A stretch of 64,000 nt of DNA from positions 80,848,001 to 80,912,000 of the forward strand of contig NC_079165.1 of the NCBI RefSeq assembly GCF_947568905.1, in the 5' to 3' direction. This DNA comes from Ostrea edulis (taxonomy: Eukaryota). Under the pieces are notes generated by a model. That model was not told the origin of the DNA and did no database searches. It saw only the letters and a list, made by a program, of their open reading frames with translations. The first letter of the stretch is position 1, and each line of letters begins with the position of its first letter. Shown piece by piece: positions 13,281-26,220 of this stretch. The translations under genes and the position numbers were made by a program.

Positions 13281-14506
13281 TGTGCATTGTTGGTTTGTAG
13301 CAGTAAACATTTCGCATGCTATGCGCATTGGTCATAAATGAAACTGTGAGTAAGAGAATGAAGGTTTACATATTTTTATTCTGGAAGTACCTTATCTAAA
13401 ACGTGTTAAATCTGTTCTCCTCTTTGTTTTTCTCTCTTTCACACACACACGATTGCATTTTATTGGATTAGTTGGTGTTTTTTCACGTCCTTTCGAGAAT
13501 GTACAATGTAATGTATAGACAGGTGAGTGATAGGACCTGCGGGCCTTTTGTTATATTACAGAAGCGTTTATACTGAATCAAAACATCACAAACATATGTG
13601 AGATAGCAACAAATGAATTTTGGTGAGGTGAAATAAGATTTTCAAGAATCAAATTAGAATAAAACTGAATTTTTCAAAACTGGTATATGACAAGGTCCTT
13701 TGGTGGTATTGATAAAAATGGGTGGAAATCAATCGAATCTCTTTTTATTTTTCAAAATTACAACAACAACAAAAATAGATTTGACTTCCATATGATTAAA
13801 ATATATCTATATCAAAACAAAATATATTCCATGGGAAAATACATGAACGTGCTAGCATTAGAAAAAACTACATGCAAATTGTAGAAAATGAAAAAGAAGC
13901 CTATTTTATGCTTAGCGATTGAGAAAGGACTTAACAAGATATTACACGGTGATTCATAGCTAGAAAGCATCTATTCACAAATACCATGAAATCTTTTGAT
14001 ATGCAAATACCTGATTTTAATAACAGATTATTGAACATTTCACTAAATATAAATGTTATCTCGGTAAAAGGAAAAGCTATCTAGTGCATGGGGTTTTTTA
14101 AACAGAGAATAACATGAATTCCTTGTGGAGTACATGTAACATGGGGTCATGAATATGGACAATCTTGTTGCTGGATAGATGTGCGCGACTCCAGTGCGTG
14201 GCTACCAGGGTTAGGGGGATACACCTAGCGCCGTGTAATTTGAATGGCATTTTATTTGAACCCCGTTACTCCATCATTGTTAAAAATTATCGATATTATC
14301 TGTCAGGGAGCAGAAGCCCGTATCTTAAAACAGCAATACACAAAACGCCAATTATGATGGAAAACGTCATGTGTTATTATTAAGTCAATGACGAAAAATT
14401 GTACACATACATGGCTGTCAGTAATGACTAGAGACAATGCAAAAAATGCATTCAACATCACAAAAATATCATGTAATGTAAACCCTAAAAACTTATCAAT
14501 TTATAG

Positions 14507-14507
<1 letters not shown>

Positions 14508-14551
<44 letters not shown>
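14508..14551. repeat. (TA)22 microsatellite
   Basis: Direct reading. Confidence 0.98.
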
Positions 14552-14554
<3 letters not shown>

Positions 14555-15137
14555 ATCACCTTTCTGTCATCAAAAACGTGAGCAAAAAAAAAAATAAAAA
14601 TACGCCAAGCATAAACTAAAATTTATTAAAATCAGTACTGACGTGGTGTAAATATCGGAGGGACTTTTAGAACGTGAAATTGATATCCATTTTTTATAAC
14701 TATATTCTTAATATCTTTTTAAAGATTTTCGAAAGGGGTTGCAACATTGGGTTTTTAACATTACTAACATTTCTTTACGACGAAGGCCCTTTATAAATCA
14801 GTTTCACTGTACATCCAGCCTTGACCAAACTTATCTAGATTAAATATCCTTTGAACATATATTGTAGAAATTATAAAAATGAAGTCACTTAGGCAATGGT
14901 CAGTAGCAACAGGTATAAATAAATGAAGTGTTCAGAAAAATACCCGGTTTATTGATATTTAATTCAGAAATGAAGATCGCGTTTTCGTGTATTTTGCATG
15001 ATAACCTTTGAAGTCGAGAAAGTTTGTTTTGAAATATACACGCCGAGGCCTTTGTCATTATTCCTCAACTGTCAATGATTTTGCCAGCTACGATTTGAAT
15101 GGTTTATCAAAAATTAATTCTAATGTGACCCTATATG

Positions 15138-15575
15138 GGATCAGATCTTTGAATTAGCGACATCAAAATATGGGAGGGGATCAAAGATCTGGTTACTAGT
15201 GGCATCATAATATCAGGGTGGATCAAATATCTGATTATTAGCAACATCAGAATTTCAGGGCGGATCAAATATCTGATTATTAGCAACAACAGAATATCAG
15301 GGCGGATCAAAGATCTGGTCATTAGTGGCATCAGAATATCAGGGAGGATCAAAGATCTGGTTACTAGTGACATCAGAATATCAGGGCGGATCAACGATTA
15401 GGTTATTAGTGGCATCAGAATATCGGATCGGATCAAAGGTCCGGTTATCAGTTACATTAGAATATCGGAGCGGATCAAAGGTCTGGTTATTAATGACATC
15501 AGAATATCGGAGCAGATCAAAGGTTGGGTTATTAGCGATATCAGAATATCGGAGCGGATCAAAGATCTGGTTTTA
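15138..15575. repeat. 42-bp minisatellite (ATCAAAGATCTGGTTAYTAGTGRCATCAGAATATCRGGGCGG), about 10 copies
   Basis: Tandem degenerate units. Accounts for the 14-aa periodic ORFs 15131-15394 and 15325-15576. Confidence 0.92.
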
Positions 15576-16519
15576 ATCAAATAGCGTGCATAATCCACGA
15601 GAACAAGAACTTTATTTCTATTCTACTACCGCTCAGAAATATACAGCAGATCGTTTACCTATACAGCTACGTGACATCATGCAAGTTTCCGAAACGGACT
15701 AGGTCAACATCTTTTTTGCTGACAAATAAGTTTAGATGGTAGGGGTATACTAGATATATTTTGGAAAAAAAATTCAAGAATTTAGTTTGATGTTGACGGA
15801 TCATATCAACTGCTTTGAATACACAGTCCATACATCTACGTGTAAGAGCGTAACTTGGCGGTGCATCAACTTCTTTACGGGAAAAGAGTACCAATTCATT
15901 TCCCATATACCTCAATGTTAACCTTTGGCCCTCTCACTAATTAACTATATCGATTTTAAACAAATGACCGCAAACATTTCAAAGTTTATTCCAAGTGTTG
16001 ATAAAAAATGACAAAAATATATAGGGTCCCGTGCCTTTTATAGGCCATATTTGTACTTTTTTAAAACACATAGCAATCTGCAGTAAATTACACACTTCAT
16101 TTTAAGCACACCCCTACCATGGTAATTTCCTCAGTCATTTCTCGATTTTGTGCGATAATTTTTCATCCTGACAATTAATTTGAACCTCTATAATATTTCT
16201 TTCAATTCCAAATAATTTCACTCTTGATATTAGCCAATCACGCAACACCTAGACATTTATACCTCCGCTCAATCTTGGGTGAACTGCGTCCGGGTTACGC
16301 ATACGGGGGTTTGGTACTCTCATTCCTTACATGTGTATCGATCTCGGAATGCAGACGATTGGTTTACATAGAATGACAAATATTCTTCAGTTTTGCAACA
16401 TATGTGGATTGATATTTTACGATTATGAAACTGAATTATCAGTTACTTTATTGTTGTATCAGCAAAACACAAGTACAAGCGAGATGTGTATCAATTTTCC
16501 CATACTAGTAATTAGTTAT

Positions 16520-16539
16520 TACGTATGAGGGTATATCGC

Positions 16540-16590
<51 letters not shown>

Positions 16591-17420
16591 AACCAGTATT
16601 CAGACCCAGATTTGGTATATTGTAGTGACACTTGTGCAATAGACAGCTATTTTTCTTATTTGTATAAATGTCTGTATGGACGTTGGGGTGGGTTGGGTCG
16701 TGTGACACCAAACGACTGAATTTATTGTAAAGTATCTTTAACACAGGATTCAAAATTTGTTTTATGGTCCAACAAGTTAAAACGTGAAATAAACCGATGG
16801 TTTTCAGCTTTATGACACGTTGTTGGAAATTTATGAGTGCAGTCTCCTTTTAGGGGACTAAAGCACTACTAAATACCTGTACAAGTCCAATGCTTCACTG
16901 ACAGAGAACATTTATGTTATTTCGGGATAGAGTCTGTAAAGTCTCTGTGCCATCATCCATCTGCAAAATATGACAAAATTCAATTACTCTAAGGGTTTTA
17001 TAACTTTTGCATAAGTTACCTAGACAGTCATTAATGTAAAACTTAAGGTCACTAGTAATGATTCTAACGTTTGAATGGAATAACACGTAAATTATTATCT
17101 GAAACCATAACCATTCAAACTTTGTGAAAATACCATCAAGGCATCAAGCCTAAAGCTGGTCAATCTTTTACCTTGACCTGTTATTAATAACCTTGATTGT
17201 GGATCAACACACCAAATGTCAACAGCAACATCAATGTTACAAAGATAAAGCCTGGGCAAAATGATGCAGTTAAAACATTTTCTCTCCGTGATGCTGTTCA
17301 AATAACCTTGGTATAAGATATTCAAATTCTTTCTCCCACTCAACTGATCTTGAGCAGATGACCTTCACGTTTTGTTCAGTGTCATGACATACCCTCCGTT
17401 CACATATAATATTTACACAT
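16520..17420 (-). pseudogene. Possible decayed spliced coding sequence of unknown family
   Basis: Acceptor TCTTGATTCCTGTAG is followed by 49 open codons (CVNIICERRVCHDTEQNVKVICSRSVEWEKEFEYLIPRLFEQHHGEKMF), then a stop-interrupted but protein-like continuation to FTKFEWLWFQ. A second acceptor (TATTTTGCAG) lies at 16961. No family recognised. Confidence 0.25.
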
Positions 17421-18174
17421 CTACAGGAATCAAGATATAAGCAATCTTCATGTCAAGTATAAGTATGAAAGATGAAAGATATCGAACAGTGATCTACAAA
17501 TCATTTAATTTTACATGTTACACGCTTTTTCATTGATTGAAAAATTATTGGAATATTATATCCAACGAAAAAAAAAAATATTTTACTTCATTCTTGACTA
17601 ACTCTCTAGGACATTTTGTATGATGTACTACATGTAGCATGCATTGTGCGCGCTTTCCTCACACGTGGTCGGAAAGAACATAATGGCGTCGGTATGTTCA
17701 TCGACATATAGGAATAAGGACCTATCAGACTAACTCCATTATGCTAGATCATGTGTAAAACACTAAAAGGTAGTTAGATAGAATTGGTTGGAAAATAACG
17801 TATATGATATGTTTAAAAGACAGACTTCACATAATCAGCATTCGACATACATGGGTGTAAAATGACAGACTGCCTTTTGAAACTATTTCTACAACCGTAT
17901 ATTTTTGTATGCATATTTAATAAAGTTTTTGTTTTGAATTATTCATAGAATACCGACGTATTGGTATCTTCATTAAAATCTACCATGAAAATTGGAGCGT
18001 ATGTACCTTTAACCATAATGAATTCATGTAGAGCAGTACTGAAGTAATATGAAGATCTATCATTTACATGTATATCAGAACTCTGTACAAAAAAGATAGC
18101 AATATATACTACTGCATGTTGAGGTAGTGGTCCTGCACTGCCAAAATATCTTTTCTTCATTTCATATTTGAAAA

Positions 18175-18210
<36 letters not shown>

Positions 18211-18763
18211 CTGGACGACTTTTCTTTTCACGAAATAACACACTGCACAAAACTTCCTGCAGCCTTTACTGATATGAGTGTACATACATGTAATTAAACA
18301 TCATATTTTAAAAGCATTTTTCATCGAAGTAGAAGGGGAATGGGTGAAAGCCATATTTATTTCCAAACCTCAATTTATCAAAACAAAACAAAAACTAGAA
18401 TGAAAAATTTCAATTATTTCTATTAATTTTAAAGCGAATGAATCTGAAGGTATTGAATTATTGACAAGCATGCACTAAATTCATCATATTGGCTTACTAG
18501 TTCACCAATATCAATGTAGGTAAAAGTAGGAAGTGAATCAGATTACATGTTGTGAAATATATTGATAGTATTCAAAAGTATTAATAACATGGTATGAATT
18601 ATTTTATGTGTGGGTGTGCGATTAAAAATACCCAAACAAACCAAAAACAAAAAACAGGCGCGCACGTGGTGCGTGTGAATGGATGGATGCAGAAAACCTA
18701 AATGGTCGAGTGGTCTAGCGCACTGGTCACTCGTTGTTAGGGAAACATCATAGTGAATGTCGC

Positions 18764-18765
<2 letters not shown>

Positions 18766-18810
<45 letters not shown>

Positions 18811-18825
18811 GAGACAGAGAGACAG
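18766..18825. repeat. (GA)n/(GACA) microsatellite
   Basis: Direct reading. Confidence 0.97.
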
Positions 18826-19549
18826 CTAGGACCTCTCTCCCAGGTTACTAGACGATAGAAAAGGTGCTGAACCTTTCTGAACTAGGGTCTGATGTTCTGA
18901 TCCGATGTAAATTCGATGAAAAAACTGAGTGCACTTGGAATATACGTCTGATCTATACGGATCACTGGACATCTCTTTTTTTTTAATCCATATACTCCCT
19001 CTAACTTGTACAATCGTCCTTTGTAAATCTGTTTAACTTCATATTCCGTGGTATCGATGGTTCAAGATAGTAACCTGAATTGAACTACTTTCTCGCATCA
19101 GTGAAGGAGACTACTTTGTCCGTAAACTGATTTGTGTATTCTACTTTGACCACTTTGATATTAGCACTTATTGTACTATTTTTCATCTATTCTAGCTATG
19201 GCAATTGCACACAAAATTGTGATAAAAGTTTTTTTAAAGCATGTTTTCCTTTTGATACATTGAAATATTAAATGTACACTTTGCTTCATTTATATGTTAA
19301 AATTTAATTAAGATATCAATACCACGGTGTTCCATAAATGAAATAAAAAAATATTTTAAAAAAGACATTAACTAAAGTACAAAAAGTTGTAGATATATGG
19401 ATTAAAATAATTTCAAAATACGAACCGAGTGTTGACCACGCAACTACCTTATTAGCATACTGCGCACTATTTTACACCAATTCTTCGATCTGTGCATATC
19501 TCAATGCCCTTTAGTGATCTGCACATGATCTAGCACAGTGAATCTACTC

Positions 19550-19690
19550 NNNNNNNNNNNNNNNNNNNNNNNNNNNNNNNNNNNNNNNNNNNNNNNNNNN
19601 NNNNNNNNNNNNNNNNNNNNNNNNNNNNNNNNNNNNNNNNNNNNNNNNNNNNNNNNNNNNNNNNNNNNNNNNNNNNNNNNNNNNNNNNNN
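19550..19690. other. Run of 141 N (gap or masked sequence)
   Basis: Direct reading. Confidence 0.99.
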
Positions 19691-20829
19691 AATGCATGCA
19701 TTATACAAAGATACAATGTACCCGTGAGTTAAATTAGTCAAGAATGAACTTTAACTTTTGACCTATTTCTTCCATGGCATTCAGAATAATTAAACAAATA
19801 TTTTTTAGGGTACAGGTACTGGTAACATTTAATATCTTTACGTTGTATACCCTATAACGTTATCATAAATACGTCAATTGGAAGCCAAAAAAGAAAAACT
19901 TAGTTATTAGTACTTATTCCTATGTGCCTTTCGCTCTTTCATAAATATGTATACTTTGCTATCTGATTTCATGAAAGAATGAATATAAGTTCTTGATGAA
20001 ACAGCACATTGTCGATATCCGGTGATAGACACGTGGTTTGATCAAACGATCATTTAAAAAAAGAAGAAGAAAGAGATTAAAGAGATGAATCACGGGAAAC
20101 AAAGTACTTTAATAATGCAAATTAAAATTCTAGAATTTCAGAGATGTTTCACTTTGTATGAAAAAAAGATAACTCTTTTTATATCATTGGCTTTAAGTCG
20201 TCATTAAAATATTTTAATTTCTAAATATAAAACAATTATATTGTTTAATCATTCATTTGTGAGAATGATTAACGACAGAGAATTTTACCCGCATTATAAA
20301 GGTGAACATAAACTCTCTGGTACATTTGCTGTTACGTGTTTTACATGAATTGAATTCAGCATGAGCAGTTTTAACTATGGACACTCCTACACTGGTAAGA
20401 TTGCAACATATATCTATAAAGACGATGTTTTCTCGTCATTTCCTGTAATTTGAATGCAATAGACTGATATGTGTTTTACACTAAGTGTTCTATCAGAAAG
20501 CATCGATTGCAAGCTTAGCTCGGATAGGTGTTCTAATCCTTTATGTTAAAAATATTTACGAAAACTAAAAACATTTTACTTAATAATTTTAGGTCAATGA
20601 CTAAATCTTCAGGAACATGTTAATTAGAAAAAGATGTATCAGAGAAATATATTTTTAAAGGAATTGACACGAAGTGGCCAAAATTCTGAAATATTGCGAT
20701 TTTTCCAATTTGAACCAAGCCCGATCGGAGTACTGAGAGTACTGATAGGCGAAAACATGTTTGTAAGTACAAAATTAACTTCAACTTGACATTTGTTTGA
20801 CCTTGTGATCTGAAAAACATTACCAGTCA

Positions 20830-21110
20830 TATACTCTTTAAGAACAATACTTAGTGTCAAATAGTTCTCAAGATATTGAGCAGACAATACTTTTCGATAT
20901 TGTAGGTTTTTCTGTTTGACCCTGACCTTTGACCTAATAATCACTATGGGTCATCTTCTTTCTAGGTAAAACACTGTACGAGTGCTAGATATACTAACTA
21001 TCAAGCATGAGGTTCTTGGATCAAACATTAAGCAGACAACACTTGGTCTACGGACGGGACCAAGATTTGGGTCTAAAACATTGTCCCTTGTGGTATAAAG
21101 GGGGCATACC
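20830..21110 (-). mobile_element. Degenerate Helentron-type (HINE) fragment
   Basis: TGACCTTTGACC motifs, ACGGACGG repeat and a terminal GC hairpin remnant (TGTCCCTT...GGGGGCATA), as in the nested element 22435-23319. Boundaries are approximate. Confidence 0.4.
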
Positions 21111-21710
21111 GGTAAAAATAAATAGAAGGAAGTTTTACATGAAAATGTTAAATGCATCTCGATGTAACATGCTTCAAGTAAATAACATGACGTGTATCAA
21201 CTAGATTGCAGCAAATTATCAGGGAAAGACATCTGAGAATGGGATACCACATAAACACAAATAACGGTAATGAATGAGTTTTTCTTCTTTTTCTTTTTTT
21301 TTTTTTTTTTTTTTTTTTAGTTAGTTATTTATCTTTATTGCATATATTACACAAGTAATATGCAAACCAGTTCGTGATAAACTGTTTTTGATACAGTAAA
21401 ATAATAATAACCACACACACAAAATAACTTCTTGTATACTTGATATTTACAAATTTCATTGTAAATAAAACTGTACAAAATTTTAGCATGCAAAACTATA
21501 AAGTCTTTTAAAAGAATCAAAACGGTTGCGCAAACAATTAACATGTCACTAAACACAAGTTCTGTTTTTAAACATTTACTTTGAGGGCATATGCACTGCG
21601 ATGCTTTATGCCAGCATACTTCATGAAGCGCGTTAACACTTCATAAAAAAGTATCTTAGTGAGAAGCGTTGAAGTTCATACCTTCATGTATTTTCAAAAT
21701 CAAAATTCAG

Positions 21711-23399
21711 TTTAGCTCACCTGAGCTGAAAGCTCAGTGGGCTTTTCTGATCACCTGTTATCCGTCGTGTGTGTAAATATTTTAACATTTTCGACTTCTT
21801 CTCCAGAACCACTGGACTAATTTCATCTAAACTTGGCAAAAAGCAGCCTTGGGTAAAGGGCTTTCAAGTATGTTCAAATGAAGAGCCATGTCCCCTTTAA
21901 AAGGGAGGTAATCACAAAACTATAGTGGGGTTATTTAAAAATCTTCTTCTCAAGAACTACAGGGCCAGAAGAGCTGCTTTCTGACATAATGGAGATTTAA
22001 GTTTGTTAAAACTATGGCCTCCGGGGTAGAGTGGGACCACAATAGGGGTTCAAAGTTTTACATGCGAATATATAGGGAAAACCTTTAACAATCCTATCAT
22101 GAATTATTGGGCCAGGAAAATACAAATTTACATGAAAGCTTTCTGACAAAATGGAGATTCAAGTTTGTTAAAATCAAATTTTTAACTATCTAATACCTCC
22201 TGAACCATTAAAGATAGAGCTTTCATATTCTGTATATATATATTACTTATGACAAGGTCTTCATATCATACCATGATTAATTTACCTTGCGACCTTGACC
22301 TTATCCAGAACAGCACAGTTAGTCACATTGGTGTTGAGGCATTTCTTTGTTATGTAAATTCATTTTCAGTTATGTTGTGATCTTTTGGGGTCATCCTATA
22401 GGGTCAAAATTTTTCATGGGAATAAAAATTGATAAACAAAAGAATATCAGTAAGACTGATGGATGCTCCCCTAAATGCATCTGACCAATGAACTACTTCA
22501 TATGACGAATGACTCGCACAATGATCAATAACTGTTGAAATATTGCTGAAATGAAGGTTTCTTTTTCATATACAAGGCACATGTTGAGTGACGTGGCCTT
22601 TACAAAATGACTGAGTAACCTTTGTCGGAAAGCCATTTCCCTTTTACTTATTTGTGTGATATACGATCAAAACCTGTTCAACAACTGTTGAAATAATGCA
22701 ATTTTCCCGTATACAAGGTATATATCTGAGTGACCTTGACCCTTCCAAAATGACCGAGAGGAGACCTTGGTCCAAAAGTTCAATAATTGTTGAAATATTG
22801 TTGAGATGAAGTATTTTTTTCATATGTAAGGTTTATGTTCTTAGTGACCTTGACCTTTACAAAATAACTTTTATTGACCTTTGTCTGAAAGTCATTTACC
22901 TATTACTTATGTGCGTGCTTTATGATCAATCCCTTTTGAAAATCTGTTGAAATAAAGAACTGTTTACTTATATAAGGTATATGTTCTGAGTGACATTGAC
23001 CTTTCCAAAATGACATTGGTTCAAAAGTCCCTGTTTCAAGGAATATTTGTGATCAGTCATGATCAATGAAAGGTTTAGAAGATGGGAATTTTAACCAAAC
23101 AACTGTTGAAATAAGGAACTTTTACATGTTCTGAGTGACCTTGATCTTTCCAAATGACCTTGAAAGACCTTAGTCCAAAAGTCCTTATCTCAAGAAACAT
23201 TTGTGATCAATTATATCAATTTCTGATGAAAGGTTTAAGAGATGTGAGCTCAGACGAACGGACAAACAGATATGACGGCGACTATATGCTCCCCCGAAAT
23301 TTTTCGGGGAGCATAAAAATCTTTTAAAAAGCACAACAGCTGAACAATGGCAGGGCCAAACTGACTCAACTGAGCGATGTGGCCCATGGGCCTATTGTT
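21711..23399 (+). mobile_element. Helentron-type non-autonomous element interrupted by a nested element
   Basis: Same 5' end (TTTAGCTCACCTGAGCTGAAAGCTC) and 3' end (TGAGCGATGTGGCCCATGGGCCTATTGTT) as 162-604, with homologous internal sequence. Confidence 0.75.
22435..23319 (-). mobile_element. Second-family Helentron-type element nested in opposite orientation
   Basis: On the minus strand: 5' TTTTT-ATGCTCCCC...GGGGAGCAT hairpin (23286-23314), GTCC-like repeat, 3' subterminal GGGGAGCAT (22463-22471), hairpin ATCAGT-CTT-ACTGAT (22446-22460), ending TTGTT. Confidence 0.75.
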
Positions 23400-23967
23400 T
23401 ATATTTACATTCTACTTTTTCTTTCGGGGTTATAGCGCTAAAACATACTATATCTATGAAAAGTCATCCGCACATTGTTCACATCTGCATTGCATTCATG
23501 AGGAAATGGCAGTAGGCATTGAAGGAGAAACATATAGAGAGAGAGGTAGTAAGTAAAATCAGCATGTTGAGCATGACAGGATATATATCCAACAATGCTA
23601 CACTATAATTGTAAAAAGAAAAGTGAGTAGCATGCTTTGTACATTAACATAAAGCTTACCAGTTTTGAGCTTTACGATATATAAATGTACAGACACTATA
23701 TCTAACAAAAAAGACAGTATACAAAGTTAAAAATCATTGACAAATAAACGGTCACAAGTAAGTTTTACACAAAAAAATGTACTGTAACACTGTACCATGA
23801 CGGCAATACATGCAAATAAATTACAACAAGACACCGGGAAAAGAATTAGCACATAAGTATTAATACTAGACGTCTATAGACACGTGACTATAATGTAGAA
23901 CAATGGCAATAGATTTATATCAACAGTTAGTACAAATATTTCTCTAGTTTCTGTATATTTTGAAGAC

Positions 23968-24031
23968 AGTTTAAGTGACAGACAAAAATAAGCATTTTTT
24001 AAAATGCTTATTTTTGTCTGTCACTTAAACT
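23968..24031. repeat. Perfect inverted repeat, 31-bp arms with a 2-nt spacer
   Basis: AGTTTAAGTGACAGACAAAAATAAGCATTTT-TT-AAAATGCTTATTTTTGTCTGTCACTTAAACT. Confidence 0.97.
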
Positions 24032-24204
24032 TCTGATTTGAGAAAAGATATTTAATATGTATTTATGGTATCCATTGATTGAAGGTGTTCCTGGGGGAAA
24101 ATGTTATTGGCCTACCATGCAATAAAATATTGCTAAATTTTTTGTATTATCTTATTTGTACATGAAATGTACAGTACTTTCAGACAAGGATTCTAGGAAA
24201 CATG

Positions 24205-24392
24205 CTAGTCGGTGTGGGTTCGAATCCCGCTCGAGCCGGTAAGTGAGAAAGTTTCCCAGGTTACTTTCGGAAGGTCGACGGTCTCTTCCCAGGTACATTG
24301 TATCTGGGTTCTCTCTTCCACCAATAAAAACTGAGCGCCACCAGATAACTGAAAAATTGTTGAGTGTAGCGGAAAACAGAAAAGCAATCAAT
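24205..24392 (+). mobile_element. tRNA-derived SINE of a second family, 5'-truncated
   Basis: B box GGTTCGAATC (24217-24226), SINE-like body (CTCTTCCACCAATAAAAACTG...CTGAAAAATTGTTGAGTG) and CAAT tail. Confidence 0.6.
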
Positions 24393-25112
24393 ACCAACTT
24401 CCCAGCACCTCCAGTACTTTGATTAAATTTCAAAAAGTAGAACGTAAATAAAACTGGATTGGAAATTCCTAATTGTCCACGTTTTTCCATAACTATTATC
24501 TCTGTAAATGCTTTACATTATCTAGGATAACTGACACGCGCACATTGTTCTCTCATGAATTTTATCAGATACATACTGTATTTCAATATATAAATACAGT
24601 TACATGCTACTGAATGGTACTAACGAGGAGCTTATGGATATATAAATCTATACTTGGTTTGCAGCTGTGTTTTCACCAGATTAATGGCTTAGATTGATAG
24701 TAAGTATCCGGTATGGTTTCCTTCTACATGTATTTGTTTATAAAAATATCTGTGTAGTGAAGCTTCACCGACTTTGAAGCGTTATGCTTTACTGACACTC
24801 ATTAGATTATATTTGTACACATATTAAGTCAACGACCGTAAAAGTGTTTATTGATGGTTCATCCGGGATTCTTATAAACTAGAGGTCGATGGACGTCGAC
24901 GCCGACCAATCAAATGCCCTGTTAAACAACATTGGGTTACTGTGGAATCATCATTGTTCGTGGGGGATTGATGTTCGTTGATTTCGCGGGTCACATTTAC
25001 CCATGAATTTACGTGTCCTCGAACACTTTTTTTTAATACTGATAAAATAAGATTTCTTGTTATTTATGTCCGAAAATCTTGATTTATATTATGTGCTAAA
25101 TCTTAATATAAA

Positions 25113-25167
25113 CTTTGTATTCCTTCTAGGAGTTGTGAGATTTATCACTATTCCTTATCTTCACCTT
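25113..25167 (+). mobile_element. Short 3'-terminal fragment of the Naiad-like element
   Basis: TAGGAGTTGTGAGATTTATCACTATTCCTTATCTTCACCTT matches the shared terminus. Confidence 0.6.
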
Positions 25168-25469
25168 CTTTTGGTGTATATTCAATAAATCTTGATGGAT
25201 ATTCGATAATATTCAGATGTAAATAAAAAGATTATATTATTACAGAACATCGATTCAATGACATAGTCTGATACTTATTTAGTACTATTCAAACATAATA
25301 CTTATAATGGATACCCGAATTAAAATCGTAAATGCCAAAACACGGGCAACACAACTACGATTTAAAAATCATGTTTACAATATATTTAATGGCATTACCT
25401 TAATATACATGGCAGAACACTCTTGAGGAGTACAAAGGAAAAACTTTATTGGTATCAATTACCAGTTGA

Positions 25470-25850
25470 TAATATGTTGACGGTGCTACCGTTTGAGCGA
25501 GCGCAGCTACATTCATGTTCGTATTTTGTAATGTCCATGCTTTGATCAGGTTGAATTTAAACAATATCTATTTGTCAAATAATCAGTACAGGAATGAAAT
25601 TAGGCAGCTGAAACAGCCCATTTTAGTTTTCTCCATCGGTTTTATATTAAATCATTATAACATATTATTTGACATTATAACATATTATTTGACTCCACTT
25701 TTTGGCACTCTGGTTTTCCCTTAAATAGCTCTAGCAAGTTTATCGTTATTTCGGATTTCAAACATTTCGGTTGAGCATCACTGAAGAGACATTATTTGTC
25801 GAAATGCGCATCTGGTGCATTAAAATTGGTACTTTATAAGTTTAACATTA
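25470..25850 (+). mobile_element. Probable Penelope-like pseudo-LTR or retrozyme remnant carrying the hammerhead
   Basis: Minimal palindromic-stem-III hammerheads are a known hallmark of Penelope-like element pLTRs. Boundaries are estimated and no second copy occurs in the window. Confidence 0.4.
25775..25818 (+). ncRNA. Minimal type I hammerhead ribozyme motif
   Basis: Stem I GCATCA/TGGTGC (one G-U pair); core CTGAAGA; stem II GAC-attattt-GTC; GAAA; palindromic stem III ATGCGCAT; AUC cleavage triplet with the predicted cut after 25812. All core nucleotides are present. Confidence 0.85.
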
Positions 25851-26220
25851 TATATGAATGTGATTGAAATATTTTTATACTATATACAATTTATTTCTGT
25901 TGCCTTCACTGTGACTTGCTTAATCTTTCCAAGTCATTAATGTTCAAGTCTTGTTGCAAACCTTTCAAGTTTGTATAACTGTGAACATAAAACACAAATT
26001 CAACACAATTGCACTTACATTCGCGGACCTCCCCCCCCCCCTTTCGCACCCATCTATTTTTTAAAAAATGAAAATCATATAACAATCCCCTTGTAGTAAT
26101 GGCATGTTTCAGCAGAAAAAAACAGAACAATATTTTTGATATTGTACATAATCTTAGTTGTAACACAATGATGAAATATTTCAGCATTCGGATATGACGT
26201 GTAAAATGTTGCTATATTCA

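Noticed and set aside
15131-15576. Periodic ORFs on both strands
   Set aside because: Translation of the 42-bp minisatellite.
15667-15915. 82-aa minus-strand ORF
   Set aside because: No recognisable motif, splice context or partner exons.
17939-18160. 73-aa ORF with MVDFNED resembling the AP-endonuclease GDFN motif
   Set aside because: Only a partial 4-residue resemblance with no other endonuclease motifs. Cannot be supported without a search.
18704-18745. tRNA-like 5' half (TGGTCGAGTGGTCTAGCGCACTGG)
   Set aside because: A-box only, with no B box or acceptor-stem partner. At most a SINE head scrap.
19501-19741. ORFs spanning N runs (also 47253-47573)
   Set aside because: Artefacts of undefined bases.
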